Source: Candidatus Heimdallarchaeota archaeon (GTDB lineage: Archaea; Asgardarchaeota; Heimdallarchaeia; Heimdallarchaeales; Heimdallarchaeaceae). Taken from it: DNA of 50,463 nucleotides. The position numbers and the translations under genes are program-made. Numbering within the stretch: the stretch's first letter is position 1; each line of letters opens with the position of its first letter. The stretch covers positions 1 through 50,463 of the forward strand of contig JAEOSZ010000131.1 in assembly GCA_016840095.1 (NCBI GenBank), given 5' to 3'. Below the pieces are notes generated by a model that was given only the letters and a program-made list of their open reading frames with translations, made no database searches and was not told the origin of the DNA. Positions 1 to 8,367 of the stretch are shown here, in pieces.

Positions 1-269
1 ACAACCAATCCTGCAGATGTGAGTGCTTTCAGATGTCTATAAATAGTTTTTAAACTTGATGTACCCATCTCTTTATATTCTTCTTTAGTACTAAGAATAT
101 CTTGTATCTCTTCTGCTGTTTTTATTCCCTCTCTTAAAATTAGTAGAATTGGTCTGTAAATTGGATTAGACAAAAGTTTAGTTGCTTCTTCATCTACAAT
201 AAACATTACAGATTCTTGTTTATAATTTGCAAAAATATTATCTGTAATGTTTTTTCTCTCTTTATTCAT
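1..269 (-). CDS. ArsR-like winged-helix transcriptional regulator (N-terminal part; runs off window)
   Basis: Not in ORF track. Manual translation from ATG at 269: MNKERKNITDNIFANYKQESVMFIVDEEATKLLSNPIYRPILLILREGIKTAEEIQDILSTKEEYKEMGTSSLKTIYRHLKALTSAGLV, with ArsR-type L.NP.R..IL..L and TIYRHL..L..AGLV helices. Confidence 0.85.
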   Translation of the reverse strand, partial: MNKERKNITDNIFANYKQESVMFIVDEEATKLLSNPIYRPILLILREGIKTAEEIQDILSTKEEYKEMGTSSLKTIYRHLKALTSAGLV

Positions 270-286
270 TGTTCTCTGCACTCATT

Positions 287-407
287 TTCTCAACGAAATA
301 TATAAGTCTTCTCATTAACTTGATATATATTCTCAGTGCAATGAGAAAACATTTAAATAATAGTTGTTGTAACATGGTATTGAGAACAAATCTCATACAA
401 ATGAGAA
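287..407. promoter_or_regulatory. Repeated (T)TCTCA-N6-TGAGA(A) inverted-repeat operator array in the divergent promoter
   Basis: TTCTCAgtgcaaTGAGAA at 330-347, TCTCAtacaaaTGAGAA at 391-407, TTCTCAttaactTGATA at 309-325, half-site TTCTCA at 287-292. Confidence 0.65.
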
Positions 408-417
408 AGTGAAACAA

Positions 418-585
418 ATGATTGAGAAATACTATCGAACTGAAGATCAAATGACTGATAGAGTGCTAAACGAAAGAATTAGTGCTTTAGAGATAGAATT
501 GAAACAGCTCAAAAGAGCTCGTAACGCCAGAAGAGGAAAAACTCGCGCTAGGTATCCAATAAGACAATACCTGTCTTATATGTGA
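418..585 (+). CDS. Small basic coiled-coil-like protein (55 aa)
   Basis: Below the ORF-track cutoff. MIEKYYRTEDQMTDRVLNERISALEIELKQLKRARNARRGKTRARYPIRQYLSYM*; heptad-like LNERISALEIELKQL. Confidence 0.55.
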   Translation: MIEKYYRTEDQMTDRVLNERISALEIELKQLKRARNARRGKTRARYPIRQYLSYM

Positions 586-621
586 TCCTGAAAACTTGGT
601 GAAAAAAAAGAAGGTGATAAA

Positions 622-726
622 ATGGTCAGCAAAAAAAGGAAAGAAAATTTAGTTGAAAATTCATGGAGAAAAAGGAAGCTAGAATCTTTAGAGAAACATG
701 TTCTTTATAGAGGAAGCCTCCAATAA
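622..726 (+). CDS. Small basic protein (34 aa)
   Basis: AAGGTGA SD at 611-617 then ATG; MVSKKRKENLVENSWRKRKLESLEKHVLYRGSLQ*. Confidence 0.55.
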   Translation: MVSKKRKENLVENSWRKRKLESLEKHVLYRGSLQ

Positions 727-752
727 TTCCTCCTTATTTTTAAGGTGAAAAT

Positions 753-2039
753 ATGACTGAAGCTAATCTAGACATAGAGAAGGAATCATCTTATGTAGAT
801 GTTTTCAAGAATAGAAATTTCTTAAAATTATTAGCAGGACAAACATTTAGTAATTTCGGTGATGCTGTCTTTAGAATTTCTATTATACTTTATGTTTATA
901 CTTTAACTGGATCTGCAACAAGAATGACTTTGGTTCTAGCAGCACAAACACTACCTTGGATATTAATCGGACCAATTTCAGGGGTTTTTGCAGATAGAAT
1001 CAGTAGAAAAACAATTATGATAGCTTCAGATCTTTTAAGAGCAGTTTCTATAATTGCTATTCCATTTATTACATCGATATATCCTTTGCTTATTATTGCT
1101 TTTTTGGATGGTGTTGGTTCATCCAGTTTCGCAGCACCTCGATCAGCGGCAATACCTGAAATAGTCGGTATGAAACTATATGTAAAAGCAATTAGTATAA
1201 GCAGGTTAATTTTTCAAACCTTTGCTGTTATGGGACCTTTGGTTGCAGCACCTGTTTATGCATTCTTTGGTCCCCCCACATTCTGGATAACTAGCGGTTG
1301 CTATGTAATTTCTGGAGTTATAATCTTCTTAACACTGATCCCATCAGCATCTAGAGAAAAAGAATCTCTTACAGTCAAAACAATTTTCAAAGATTTACAA
1401 GAAGGTCTTAGTTACTTGTTTAATCATAAAATTATCAGGATTCTAATCATTCTCTATACAATTATTTCTATAGGAGGTTCCTTTGCTGGTCCCCTCCTTT
1501 ATCCTTGGATATATGAAGTACGTCATGCTGGTAATCAGTTATTGGAACAGATTGCTCAAACAGAATATGGCATAGTTGGAGCGATTATAGCTTTTGGAAC
1601 AGTTGCTGGGAATCTCATCTTTGGTAAATTTGAGAAAAAAATCGGTAGATCTAGAGCTATAACCCTAGGAGCTTTCTCTTTAGCTGTATACTATTTTGTA
1701 TTCAAATTTACAAGTTCAATTTATGTTATGGGGTCTTTAGGATTGATAATGGGAATTCTGACTGGCATGATGGGTTTGAGCATAAATGCTTATTTTGCTG
1801 AAGAAGTGCCTAATGAAGTAAGAGGAAGAGCATATAGTGCAACTAATGCATATCTCCAGATTTTTAGTTTTACTTGTTTATCACTCTCTGGACTTACTGC
1901 AGATTCTATTGGGATTACTAATACAATGATATCTGCAAGTATTGTCATTTTTCTTGGAGTATTATTTCTTACAATTAATACCAAAATGTTCACTTTTTCA
2001 AAAACAAAAATTTCAACCATACACTCCATTGGTGACTAG
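753..2039 (+). CDS. MFS transporter (DHA3/macrolide-efflux-like)
   Basis: About 12 TM helices; NRNF..L..GQ..S.FGD start; motif A GVFADRISRK; GGTGA SD. Confidence 0.9.
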   Translation: MTEANLDIEKESSYVDVFKNRNFLKLLAGQTFSNFGDAVFRISIILYVYTLTGSATRMTLVLAAQTLPWILIGPISGVFADRISRKTIMIASDLLRAVSIIAIPFITSIYPLLIIAFLDGVGSSSFAAPRSAAIPEIVGMKLYVKAISISRLIFQTFAVMGPLVAAPVYAFFGPPTFWITSGCYVISGVIIFLTLIPSASREKESLTVKTIFKDLQEGLSYLFNHKIIRILIILYTIISIGGSFAGPLLYPWIYEVRHAGNQLLEQIAQTEYGIVGAIIAFGTVAGNLIFGKFEKKIGRSRAITLGAFSLAVYYFVFKFTSSIYVMGSLGLIMGILTGMMGLSINAYFAEEVPNEVRGRAYSATNAYLQIFSFTCLSLSGLTADSIGITNTMISASIVIFLGVLFLTINTKMFTFSKTKISTIHSIGD

Positions 2040-2091
2040 ATATGAGACATAGGTTTATCAAAATTTTAAATCAGACAGGAGGTGACACGAA

Positions 2092-2337
2092 GTGAAAGGA
2101 TTTCTAAAACCTGTTTGGGTCGTTAATCAAAGATTCTTGAGACCTATTTGGATCATTAAACAAAGATTCTTGAGACCTATTTGGATCATTAAACAAAGAT
2201 TCTTGAGATCTACTTGGATTATCAATCAGAGATTTAACAGACCCATTTGGATTATATCCACAATGGCTGTAATACTAGCAGGAATTGTCATTAGCATAGT
2301 AGGTTTCACTCCTCAATTATCTAACCTGATACTTTAA
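2092..2337 (+). CDS. Small protein with five 11-aa cationic/aromatic repeats and a C-terminal hydrophobic helix
   Basis: Strong GGAGGTGA SD upstream of GTG; repeat unit FLRPIWIIKQR; hairpin terminator follows. Confidence 0.75.
   Translation: MKGFLKPVWVVNQRFLRPIWIIKQRFLRPIWIIKQRFLRSTWIINQRFNRPIWIISTMAVILAGIVISIVGFTPQLSNLIL
2101..2259 (+). repeat. 33-bp in-frame tandem repeat (about 5 units, 2 identical)
   Basis: CAAAGATTCTTGAGACCTATTTGGATCATTAAA at 2128-2160 and 2161-2193; diverged copies at 2194-2226, 2227-2259 and 2101-2127 (partial). Confidence 0.95.
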
Positions 2338-2395
2338 AAAAGGAAGATTTAAGCTCACCAATCTTCCTTTTATCTCTTTTTTAATAGTTTTTTAC
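2338..2395 (+). terminator. Hairpin plus T-tract between convergent genes
   Basis: AAAAGGAAGATT-taagctcacc-AATCTTCCTTTT followed by T-runs. Confidence 0.7.
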
Positions 2396-2432
2396 TTTGA
2401 GATATCAATCGTATTAACAAGTAGATGGTAAG

Positions 2433-3293
2433 TTAAAATTTCTTCATTAAATCTCTTATAACTACAATCATTTCTGCTGAATGTGTAGCCCTATTTGTTC
2501 CCATATCTAGATATTCAGCATCTTCTATTGTATCTGCTATTTTCTTTGATAACTTTGCTGAATGCATTTTGTCTGCTTCCATACCAATAACAACAACATA
2601 GTTATCTTCAATTTGTCTGTATAAATCCCAAACTTTAGTAAATCGGACACCCTTTGTTGCTAATCTCCACTTTTTCGGATCAGCTTCATCTAGTGCTCTA
2701 TAATATTTACCAGCTTGAACTGGATCTTCACTCTTAAATTTCTTAACCCACCATCGCCAGAATGGTTTTGTAATATAGAATATGAATGTTGGAAGAATGA
2801 ACATCAGATATCTCATTGTTGGCGGCATATCAAACTGATATACTGGACCTATAAGTACTGAAAGAGCAGGTTTTATCTTCTTTGTTCCCAAAAGATCTGA
2901 TATTGTCAATGTACTAAAAGATGTTGTCAAAGTAATTAACTTGCTTTGATTTATCTCTAAGTGTTCTATAATCTCTTGGACATCTAATGCAAGTCTTTCT
3001 ACTGTGTATTTTATTTTACCTTCACCTGGTCGAAATGACAATTTTTCTCTTGATTCTATATAGAGTATATCAAAGTCTTTTACGGCTTCCATAAGAAGAT
3101 CTTCCCAACCAGGTACAACAGTTCCCCACCCTGGTACTAAAAGTAAAATATAGCCATTAGCTTTATCTTTTGGAGCTTTGGTTGTTAAAATTTTAACTTC
3201 AGAACCATCAGAAACTTTGATATATTCTTCTTTTGCTAACTTTTCAAACTCTGCTACCATTTGTTCATTAAACACTTGCTCTTCTTCAATCAT
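2433..3293 (-). CDS. Alpha/beta-hydrolase fold protein
   Basis: LLLVPGWG oxyanion segment; degenerate nucleophile elbow TTSFS; acid (EADKMH) and C-terminal His (RATH). Start moved to ATG 3293 (MIEEEQ) to avoid overlap with the upstream gene. Confidence 0.75.
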   Translation of the reverse strand: MIEEEQVFNEQMVAEFEKLAKEEYIKVSDGSEVKILTTKAPKDKANGYILLLVPGWGTVVPGWEDLLMEAVKDFDILYIESREKLSFRPGEGKIKYTVERLALDVQEIIEHLEINQSKLITLTTSFSTLTISDLLGTKKIKPALSVLIGPVYQFDMPPTMRYLMFILPTFIFYITKPFWRWWVKKFKSEDPVQAGKYYRALDEADPKKWRLATKGVRFTKVWDLYRQIEDNYVVVIGMEADKMHSAKLSKKIADTIEDAEYLDMGTNRATHSAEMIVVIRDLMKKF

Positions 3294-3348
3294 AACAAAT
3301 GAAAAAGTTTTGAAATATTTTAAAACTTTACTTTGGAATAGAAGAATA

Positions 3349-3903
3349 TTAGTACAATGAAAATTCATTCTTGTTTTTACTCCACCACTCAACCCATTCT
3401 TTTCTAATTTTCATTCTTGTTGGTATGGATAAAGCTTTTACAAAACCATAAGCTCCAGATATCCCTCTTCCTAACATCTTTCTGATGAGAACAATTTGAC
3501 CTGTATGCCCAAGGTAATGAAGAGCAATTCTTTGAATTCTTTTGTTGAGAATTTCTCCTGTTCCTCTAGGATTATCATTAAAAGATTCTATAGGAAATTC
3601 TCTTAGCATTCCAAAGAAAGTTTTAGAAATTACCATATACATATCTACAATTTCCTCAAACGAATAGTCTTTTTGATCTTTCATAACTCTGTTTCCTGTA
3701 TAGCTTTCAATAGTTCTATCCATTTGTCTCGCACAATGCCTTACAATTGTTTTAATTGAGTTTATATCTGTATGAGCTTTTTTACTGACATCATCAGGTT
3801 TTAAACCTTGCAAATTCGATAGAAAATTGATATCTGCAATATCTAGTAAATCAATACATAAGTCCTTAACATTTAGTTCTTTTCTGGATGTCATACTAAA
3901 CAA
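3349..3903 (-). CDS. DinB/YfiT-like four-helix protein
   Basis: SI..IV.H and LHYLGHTGQI (H-x3-H-x-GQ) signature. Confidence 0.7.
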   Translation of the reverse strand: MFSMTSRKELNVKDLCIDLLDIADINFLSNLQGLKPDDVSKKAHTDINSIKTIVRHCARQMDRTIESYTGNRVMKDQKDYSFEEIVDMYMVISKTFFGMLREFPIESFNDNPRGTGEILNKRIQRIALHYLGHTGQIVLIRKMLGRGISGAYGFVKALSIPTRMKIRKEWVEWWSKNKNEFSLY

Positions 3904-3954
3904 AACTCCATTAGTCTAATAAACATATTCGAATACTAATTGCCTGATACAGAG

Positions 3955-4428
3955 TTACTTAGTAAAATCATGTTTATGATGTCCTCTATACCATCCTCTT
4001 AGTAATTTAGGTGTAAATTTTAGAATGGTAAAGTCAGGGTCATCATATCCAAGTGGGTAATACATTTTCCACTTATCATCCCAGATTTTTTCTTTGAACT
4101 CTAAATCGTCTAGAACCTCGGCTTCACCTTGTAACATTATTCCCTTAACATCTTCTGGAATACTGAAATAGAGAGCTATTCGCTTTTCATTTGATATTTG
4201 TTTCATTTTTACCGAGGAAGTGTTTGTAGAAATATATACAGTATAAGGATTATTATCATACTCTTTTATTATCTTAGCAGGAAGGGGATACTTCTCTTTA
4301 CATCGAAGATTGAATACAGCTCTTATTGAGGGAGATCCTGTTTCATCAATTGTTGCTAGATAGGCATTAGTAGGTTTTATCATTAATTCATCTAACAAAT
4401 CCCTTAATTCTTCGTTCATCTTAATCAT
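3955..4428 (-). CDS. Pyridoxamine 5'-phosphate oxidase-like (general stress protein 26-type) FMN-binding split barrel
   Basis: YLATIDETGSPSIR, STNTSSVK, LQGEAEV, YYPLG.DDPDF. Confidence 0.85.
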   Translation of the reverse strand: MIKMNEELRDLLDELMIKPTNAYLATIDETGSPSIRAVFNLRCKEKYPLPAKIIKEYDNNPYTVYISTNTSSVKMKQISNEKRIALYFSIPEDVKGIMLQGEAEVLDDLEFKEKIWDDKWKMYYPLGYDDPDFTILKFTPKLLRGWYRGHHKHDFTK

Positions 4429-4631
4429 CTAAGGAACTATCAGTTTTAGCTATAAAAAGATAATCAGAAATATGAAGCATTATTAGTTTAAAAGAATCTG
4501 TAGAACAAGTATGAGCTTCGACTATATGTTATTCAAATTTCTGTAACAAAGCCAAAATCAAAATTTGAGTTTATATATTCATATGGAAGATATTATAAAA
4601 GTTTATACTGCTTGAATATTTGGTGTCTTGA

Positions 4632-5153
4632 CTGTCAAAAAATAATTTAAATTTTAACTTTATAGAAAAAGAAATCAGAAAAAAAACTTTTGGGCTTTTA
4701 ACGACATTGAATTCAAACAATACACCACAAACAACAGGAGTACTTTATGGTGTTTCAAAACCTGATTCACCATTTACTTTATACATTCTTACTTCTAAAA
4801 ATTACAAGAAAACAAAGAATATTCAGAATAATGCAAATATCTCTTTCGTTATACCTTTCCCTCACCACATTCTACGTTTTGTTCCTTCGAGTACGATCAC
4901 AATAAATGGAAACGCAGAAATTATCTCAATTAACTCGACAGAGATTTTAGACGTTTTTTCTAAAAAGAGGATTCTTAGACTGATCACTAAAGAAATAGAC
5001 CCTAGATCTGATGATGAATATATATTTATAAGAATCCAACCAAAATCAAGGATTTTATGTTATGGTGTAGGAATAAGTATCTGGAGCTTAAGAGGTTCTC
5101 ATACCGTAGGTGGATATTCTGTAATTATTCCAGAAGAGAGGTTATTCAAGTAA
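4632..5153 (+). CDS. PNPOx-like split-barrel protein, probably CTG-initiated
   Basis: Frame is open upstream of the track start (4707) to CTG 4632, with TGA at 4629. The extension FIEKEIRKKTFGLLTTLN aligns with paralog 10194-10667; K.KNI..N..ISF motif. Confidence 0.75.
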   Translation: MSKNNLNFNFIEKEIRKKTFGLLTTLNSNNTPQTTGVLYGVSKPDSPFTLYILTSKNYKKTKNIQNNANISFVIPFPHHILRFVPSSTITINGNAEIISINSTEILDVFSKKRILRLITKEIDPRSDDEYIFIRIQPKSRILCYGVGISIWSLRGSHTVGGYSVIIPEERLFK

Positions 5154-5205
5154 TCAAGCATTCTTTTATACTAAAAACTGTTCTGTAAAAACAATAGGTG
5201 ATTCT

Positions 5206-6033
5206 ATGGTTGAACTTCCGGAAGCAATGATTTTATCTCAACAAATGGATAAAGAATTAAGAGGAAAAGAAATAGTTAGTGCATATATTGACAATTTTAA
5301 ACCAAAAATCTTCTTTCTAAATACATCTGTTGATGAATTTATTGAAAGTGTTACGGATTGCTCAATCAATTCTGTTTATTGCAAAGGAAAATGGATATAT
5401 CTAGAATTAAGTTCTGGTCAGTTTTTTGCCACAGCTCCTGAAATGGGTGCGAACATCCTATTTCATGAAGAGGAATCAACTAAATCAGATAATTACCATT
5501 TCAAGTTTGTATTTGATGATGGGACTTCTTTAACTCTAAAGTATCTAGGGTTCATTTTTGCCAGATTAGGCACTGAAGAAGAATTAGAATCAGAGAAATA
5601 TCCAGGAAAAATAGGACCTACTCCTTTAGATAAAGAATTCTTATATGAGGATTTCTCGAAGTTACTAAATGAAAGCAACAGAATGGTTAAATCAATTCTA
5701 TTAGAACATCAAAACCTACCTGGAGTTTCAAATTTCTATCTCAATGAAGCACTATATAAAGCTAAGATTCATCCTAAAAGAAAGGCTAACAGTCTTGGTG
5801 AAAGTGAGAAAAAAATCTTGTTTGAATCTATCCAAAAGACGCTAAAAGATGCATTTGATGCTAATGGAAGAATTGAAAGAAAGGATCTGTACGGTGTGAA
5901 AGGCAAATATGTTAGAAGTCTAAACTCCAAGAGTGTGGGAAAACCTTGTCCAATTTGTGGAAAATTAATTTCAAAGATTAATGTTGGTGGTACAAATAGT
6001 TACATCTGCAATCAATGTCAAAAGAATGAATAA
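5206..6033 (+). CDS. Fpg/Nei-family DNA glycosylase/AP lyase
   Basis: MVELPE N-terminus, KGK, H2TH (PGVSNFY.NEALYKAKIHP), C-terminal zinc finger CPIC...CNQC. Confidence 0.9.
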   Translation: MVELPEAMILSQQMDKELRGKEIVSAYIDNFKPKIFFLNTSVDEFIESVTDCSINSVYCKGKWIYLELSSGQFFATAPEMGANILFHEEESTKSDNYHFKFVFDDGTSLTLKYLGFIFARLGTEEELESEKYPGKIGPTPLDKEFLYEDFSKLLNESNRMVKSILLEHQNLPGVSNFYLNEALYKAKIHPKRKANSLGESEKKILFESIQKTLKDAFDANGRIERKDLYGVKGKYVRSLNSKSVGKPCPICGKLISKINVGGTNSYICNQCQKNE

Positions 6034-6057
6034 GAAGTGTGGATACCATTAAACTCT

Positions 6058-7125
6058 TTAGTAACCCATCTTATCAATTATTTCTTGCCAATGTGAATAG
6101 ATATTTTGTTTTTCAACTTTTGAAATTTCATATTGATGTTTTTGATAATCTTTCTCTTTTATGAGATAGTCTGTAATTTCTGGTAATGCATCTTCAAAAC
6201 CTATGAGATTTAGTTTATCATAAATGAGTTTTAAGAAGAAAACAGGTTTATCTATAAATTCTTCAAATTTGATTTCTACTAAATTATTTCTAGGAATCAG
6301 TTGTTTGTCCATGTAAAATTTAGTATAAATATCTCTATATGAACTGAGAATAAAATCATCTAAATTTGGATTCTCTTTTTGTAAGCTAAGTATCTTTCCC
6401 GTAGTTTTGAAAACTCGTTTCAATGAATAAAAAACCTCATATGGATTTCGATAAATATGAACAAATCTTGCATTAGGGAAAAGAACTAACAGACTATCAA
6501 TTCTTGCTGTATCAACTGGATTTTTCAGAATTAATAATTTATTTCCTTTCTTAAGATGAAGTTTTTTTATTATACATTTTGTACAGTGGATAATTTTGTC
6601 CTTTTGTTTCTTAGATAAGCCATTAATAAAAGCAAATCGTCCATAGAATTTATTGTTCTGAGGAAAGTAAGTAGCACACATAGAAGAAAGAGCACATAAA
6701 TTTGCAACAGCAAACTCGTGTTCATGTGGCGAATCTCCACTGTATTTGACATCATCTTGGGGTCTAGTATCTGGTAAAAATAAATTAAATAATCCTTTAA
6801 TGTATTTTTCAAAATACATAAAATGTTTTGGAAAAATGGATTCAAATACTGTTAAGTAAATATGGTTTGGATTTCGAATTAGTAATTCTTGAAGAAATGT
6901 AGTTCCATTTCGATAATGACCTAAAATGAACAAGGGATCACTCTCTAGTTTATATTCATTAAGTTTCTGACCACAAAGTAGAGTTTCTATCCAACCAAAT
7001 GGTGTTAAAAATACTACAAACATCGTGATAATGAAAACTTGAGGTATCTTCTTTAGAGATAAATTAAACCTATTCTGAAATAGTAATTTAAACCATGTTC
7101 CTAAAGTTGCACCAATAAGTAACAT
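6058..7125 (-). CDS. Sulfotransferase (PAPS-dependent), paralog 3
   Basis: 5'-PSB-like FILGHYRNGTT; 3'-PB-like HIYRNPYEVFYS; RPQDD. Confidence 0.9.
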   Translation of the reverse strand: MLLIGATLGTWFKLLFQNRFNLSLKKIPQVFIITMFVVFLTPFGWIETLLCGQKLNEYKLESDPLFILGHYRNGTTFLQELLIRNPNHIYLTVFESIFPKHFMYFEKYIKGLFNLFLPDTRPQDDVKYSGDSPHEHEFAVANLCALSSMCATYFPQNNKFYGRFAFINGLSKKQKDKIIHCTKCIIKKLHLKKGNKLLILKNPVDTARIDSLLVLFPNARFVHIYRNPYEVFYSLKRVFKTTGKILSLQKENPNLDDFILSSYRDIYTKFYMDKQLIPRNNLVEIKFEEFIDKPVFFLKLIYDKLNLIGFEDALPEITDYLIKEKDYQKHQYEISKVEKQNIYSHWQEIIDKMGY

Positions 7126-7260
7126 AGTAAGACTTCCAAATACTAAGTATCTTTCTAGAACTTAAAAGAATATAGGTCAAGTATCTTACTTTAGAACTCA
7201 TTAAGAATATCAAATATGTTTATCTAATATATCTATAATAGGTTATGTTAAACTAAACTA

Positions 7261-8340
7261 CTACTCTGGTTTATCATATCCCATTCTATCAATAATCGCA
7301 CTCCAGTGAGAATATATCCTTTGCTTATCTTCAGAAGAAATATTATACTGTCCTTTCTTGTAATCCTTTTCTTGTCCTATAAATTCCTCTATATCTGGTA
7401 AAGCCTCTTCAAATCCTTTCAAATTCAGTTCCTGATAAATTATCTTAGTGTAGGTTAAAGGATCTTTTATAAAATTTTCATACTTAATTTCAACTAGATT
7501 CTCACTAGGAATTAGTTCAATGTCTCTATAATATTTATCATAAATCTCTCTATATGTTTTTAGAACAAAATTTTCAAGATTAGGATAATTTTCCTGAAGA
7601 GTGAATATAGGCATTGTTTTTTTGTATAATTTCAGAGTCGAATAATATACTTCGTAAGGATCTCTGTAAATATGTACAAATTTTGCATTAGGATATAATT
7701 CTAAAAGAAGATCAACTCTAGCTGTATCAGTTGGGCTTTTCAAAATAAGCATTTTTCCTTCTTTTTTAACATGCAGTTTTTTAAGTACGTATTCAATTGT
7801 ATACTTTAATTTGCTTATCTTCTTTGCAGTTAATCCTTCCAGGGATGCATAACGAGAGTAATAGTCTTGATTCAGAGGAAAATAGGATCCTGTATAGGGA
7901 GACATTGAACAGATATTTGCTACAGCCCAATCATGTTCATGTGGTGCATCAACTCCAATTTTTACATCATCTTGTGGTCTGGTTTCTGGTAGGAATAATC
8001 CGAAAGTACTTTTTATTATGTTCTCGAAATAAAGAAAATGATTTGGAAATACAGCTTCAAACATAGTGATGTATCCATGGTTAGGATTGCGGAGCAAAAT
8101 TTCTTGTAAAAACGTTGTTCCTTGTCGCCAATGGCCTAGAATGAAGAGTGGATCTTGCTTTAGTTTGATATTCTTCACCTTTCGATCAAAAAGTATTTTT
8201 TCAATAATGCTTAGAGGTGTAAAGAAAACTACAACAAATGTAACAAAGAAAATTTGCAGCAGTTTTTTTAATGACAAATTAAACTTATTTTCTATAAGTA
8301 ACTTCATCCAAGTTTCAAAATTAGCTCCAACGGTAAACAT
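7261..8340 (-). CDS. Sulfotransferase, paralog 2
   Basis: FILGHWRQGTT; LKSP; HIYRDPYEVYYS. Confidence 0.9.
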   Translation of the reverse strand: MFTVGANFETWMKLLIENKFNLSLKKLLQIFFVTFVVVFFTPLSIIEKILFDRKVKNIKLKQDPLFILGHWRQGTTFLQEILLRNPNHGYITMFEAVFPNHFLYFENIIKSTFGLFLPETRPQDDVKIGVDAPHEHDWAVANICSMSPYTGSYFPLNQDYYSRYASLEGLTAKKISKLKYTIEYVLKKLHVKKEGKMLILKSPTDTARVDLLLELYPNAKFVHIYRDPYEVYYSTLKLYKKTMPIFTLQENYPNLENFVLKTYREIYDKYYRDIELIPSENLVEIKYENFIKDPLTYTKIIYQELNLKGFEEALPDIEEFIGQEKDYKKGQYNISSEDKQRIYSHWSAIIDRMGYDKPE

Positions 8341-8367
8341 TTATTTAATCTCCTATGTCCTCTATTT

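Noticed and set aside
262-450. 62-aa minus-strand ORF from the track
   Set aside because: Overlaps the operator array and the plus-strand micro-ORF; no motif; likely spurious
2128-2259. 33-bp repeats as a CRISPR array
   Set aside because: Units are contiguous with no spacers, are a multiple of 3 and in frame, and there are no cas genes
4629-4631. TGA read-through or selenocysteine upstream of the PNPOx-like gene
   Set aside because: No homology needed upstream of the TGA; an SD-positioned CTG right after it explains the frame
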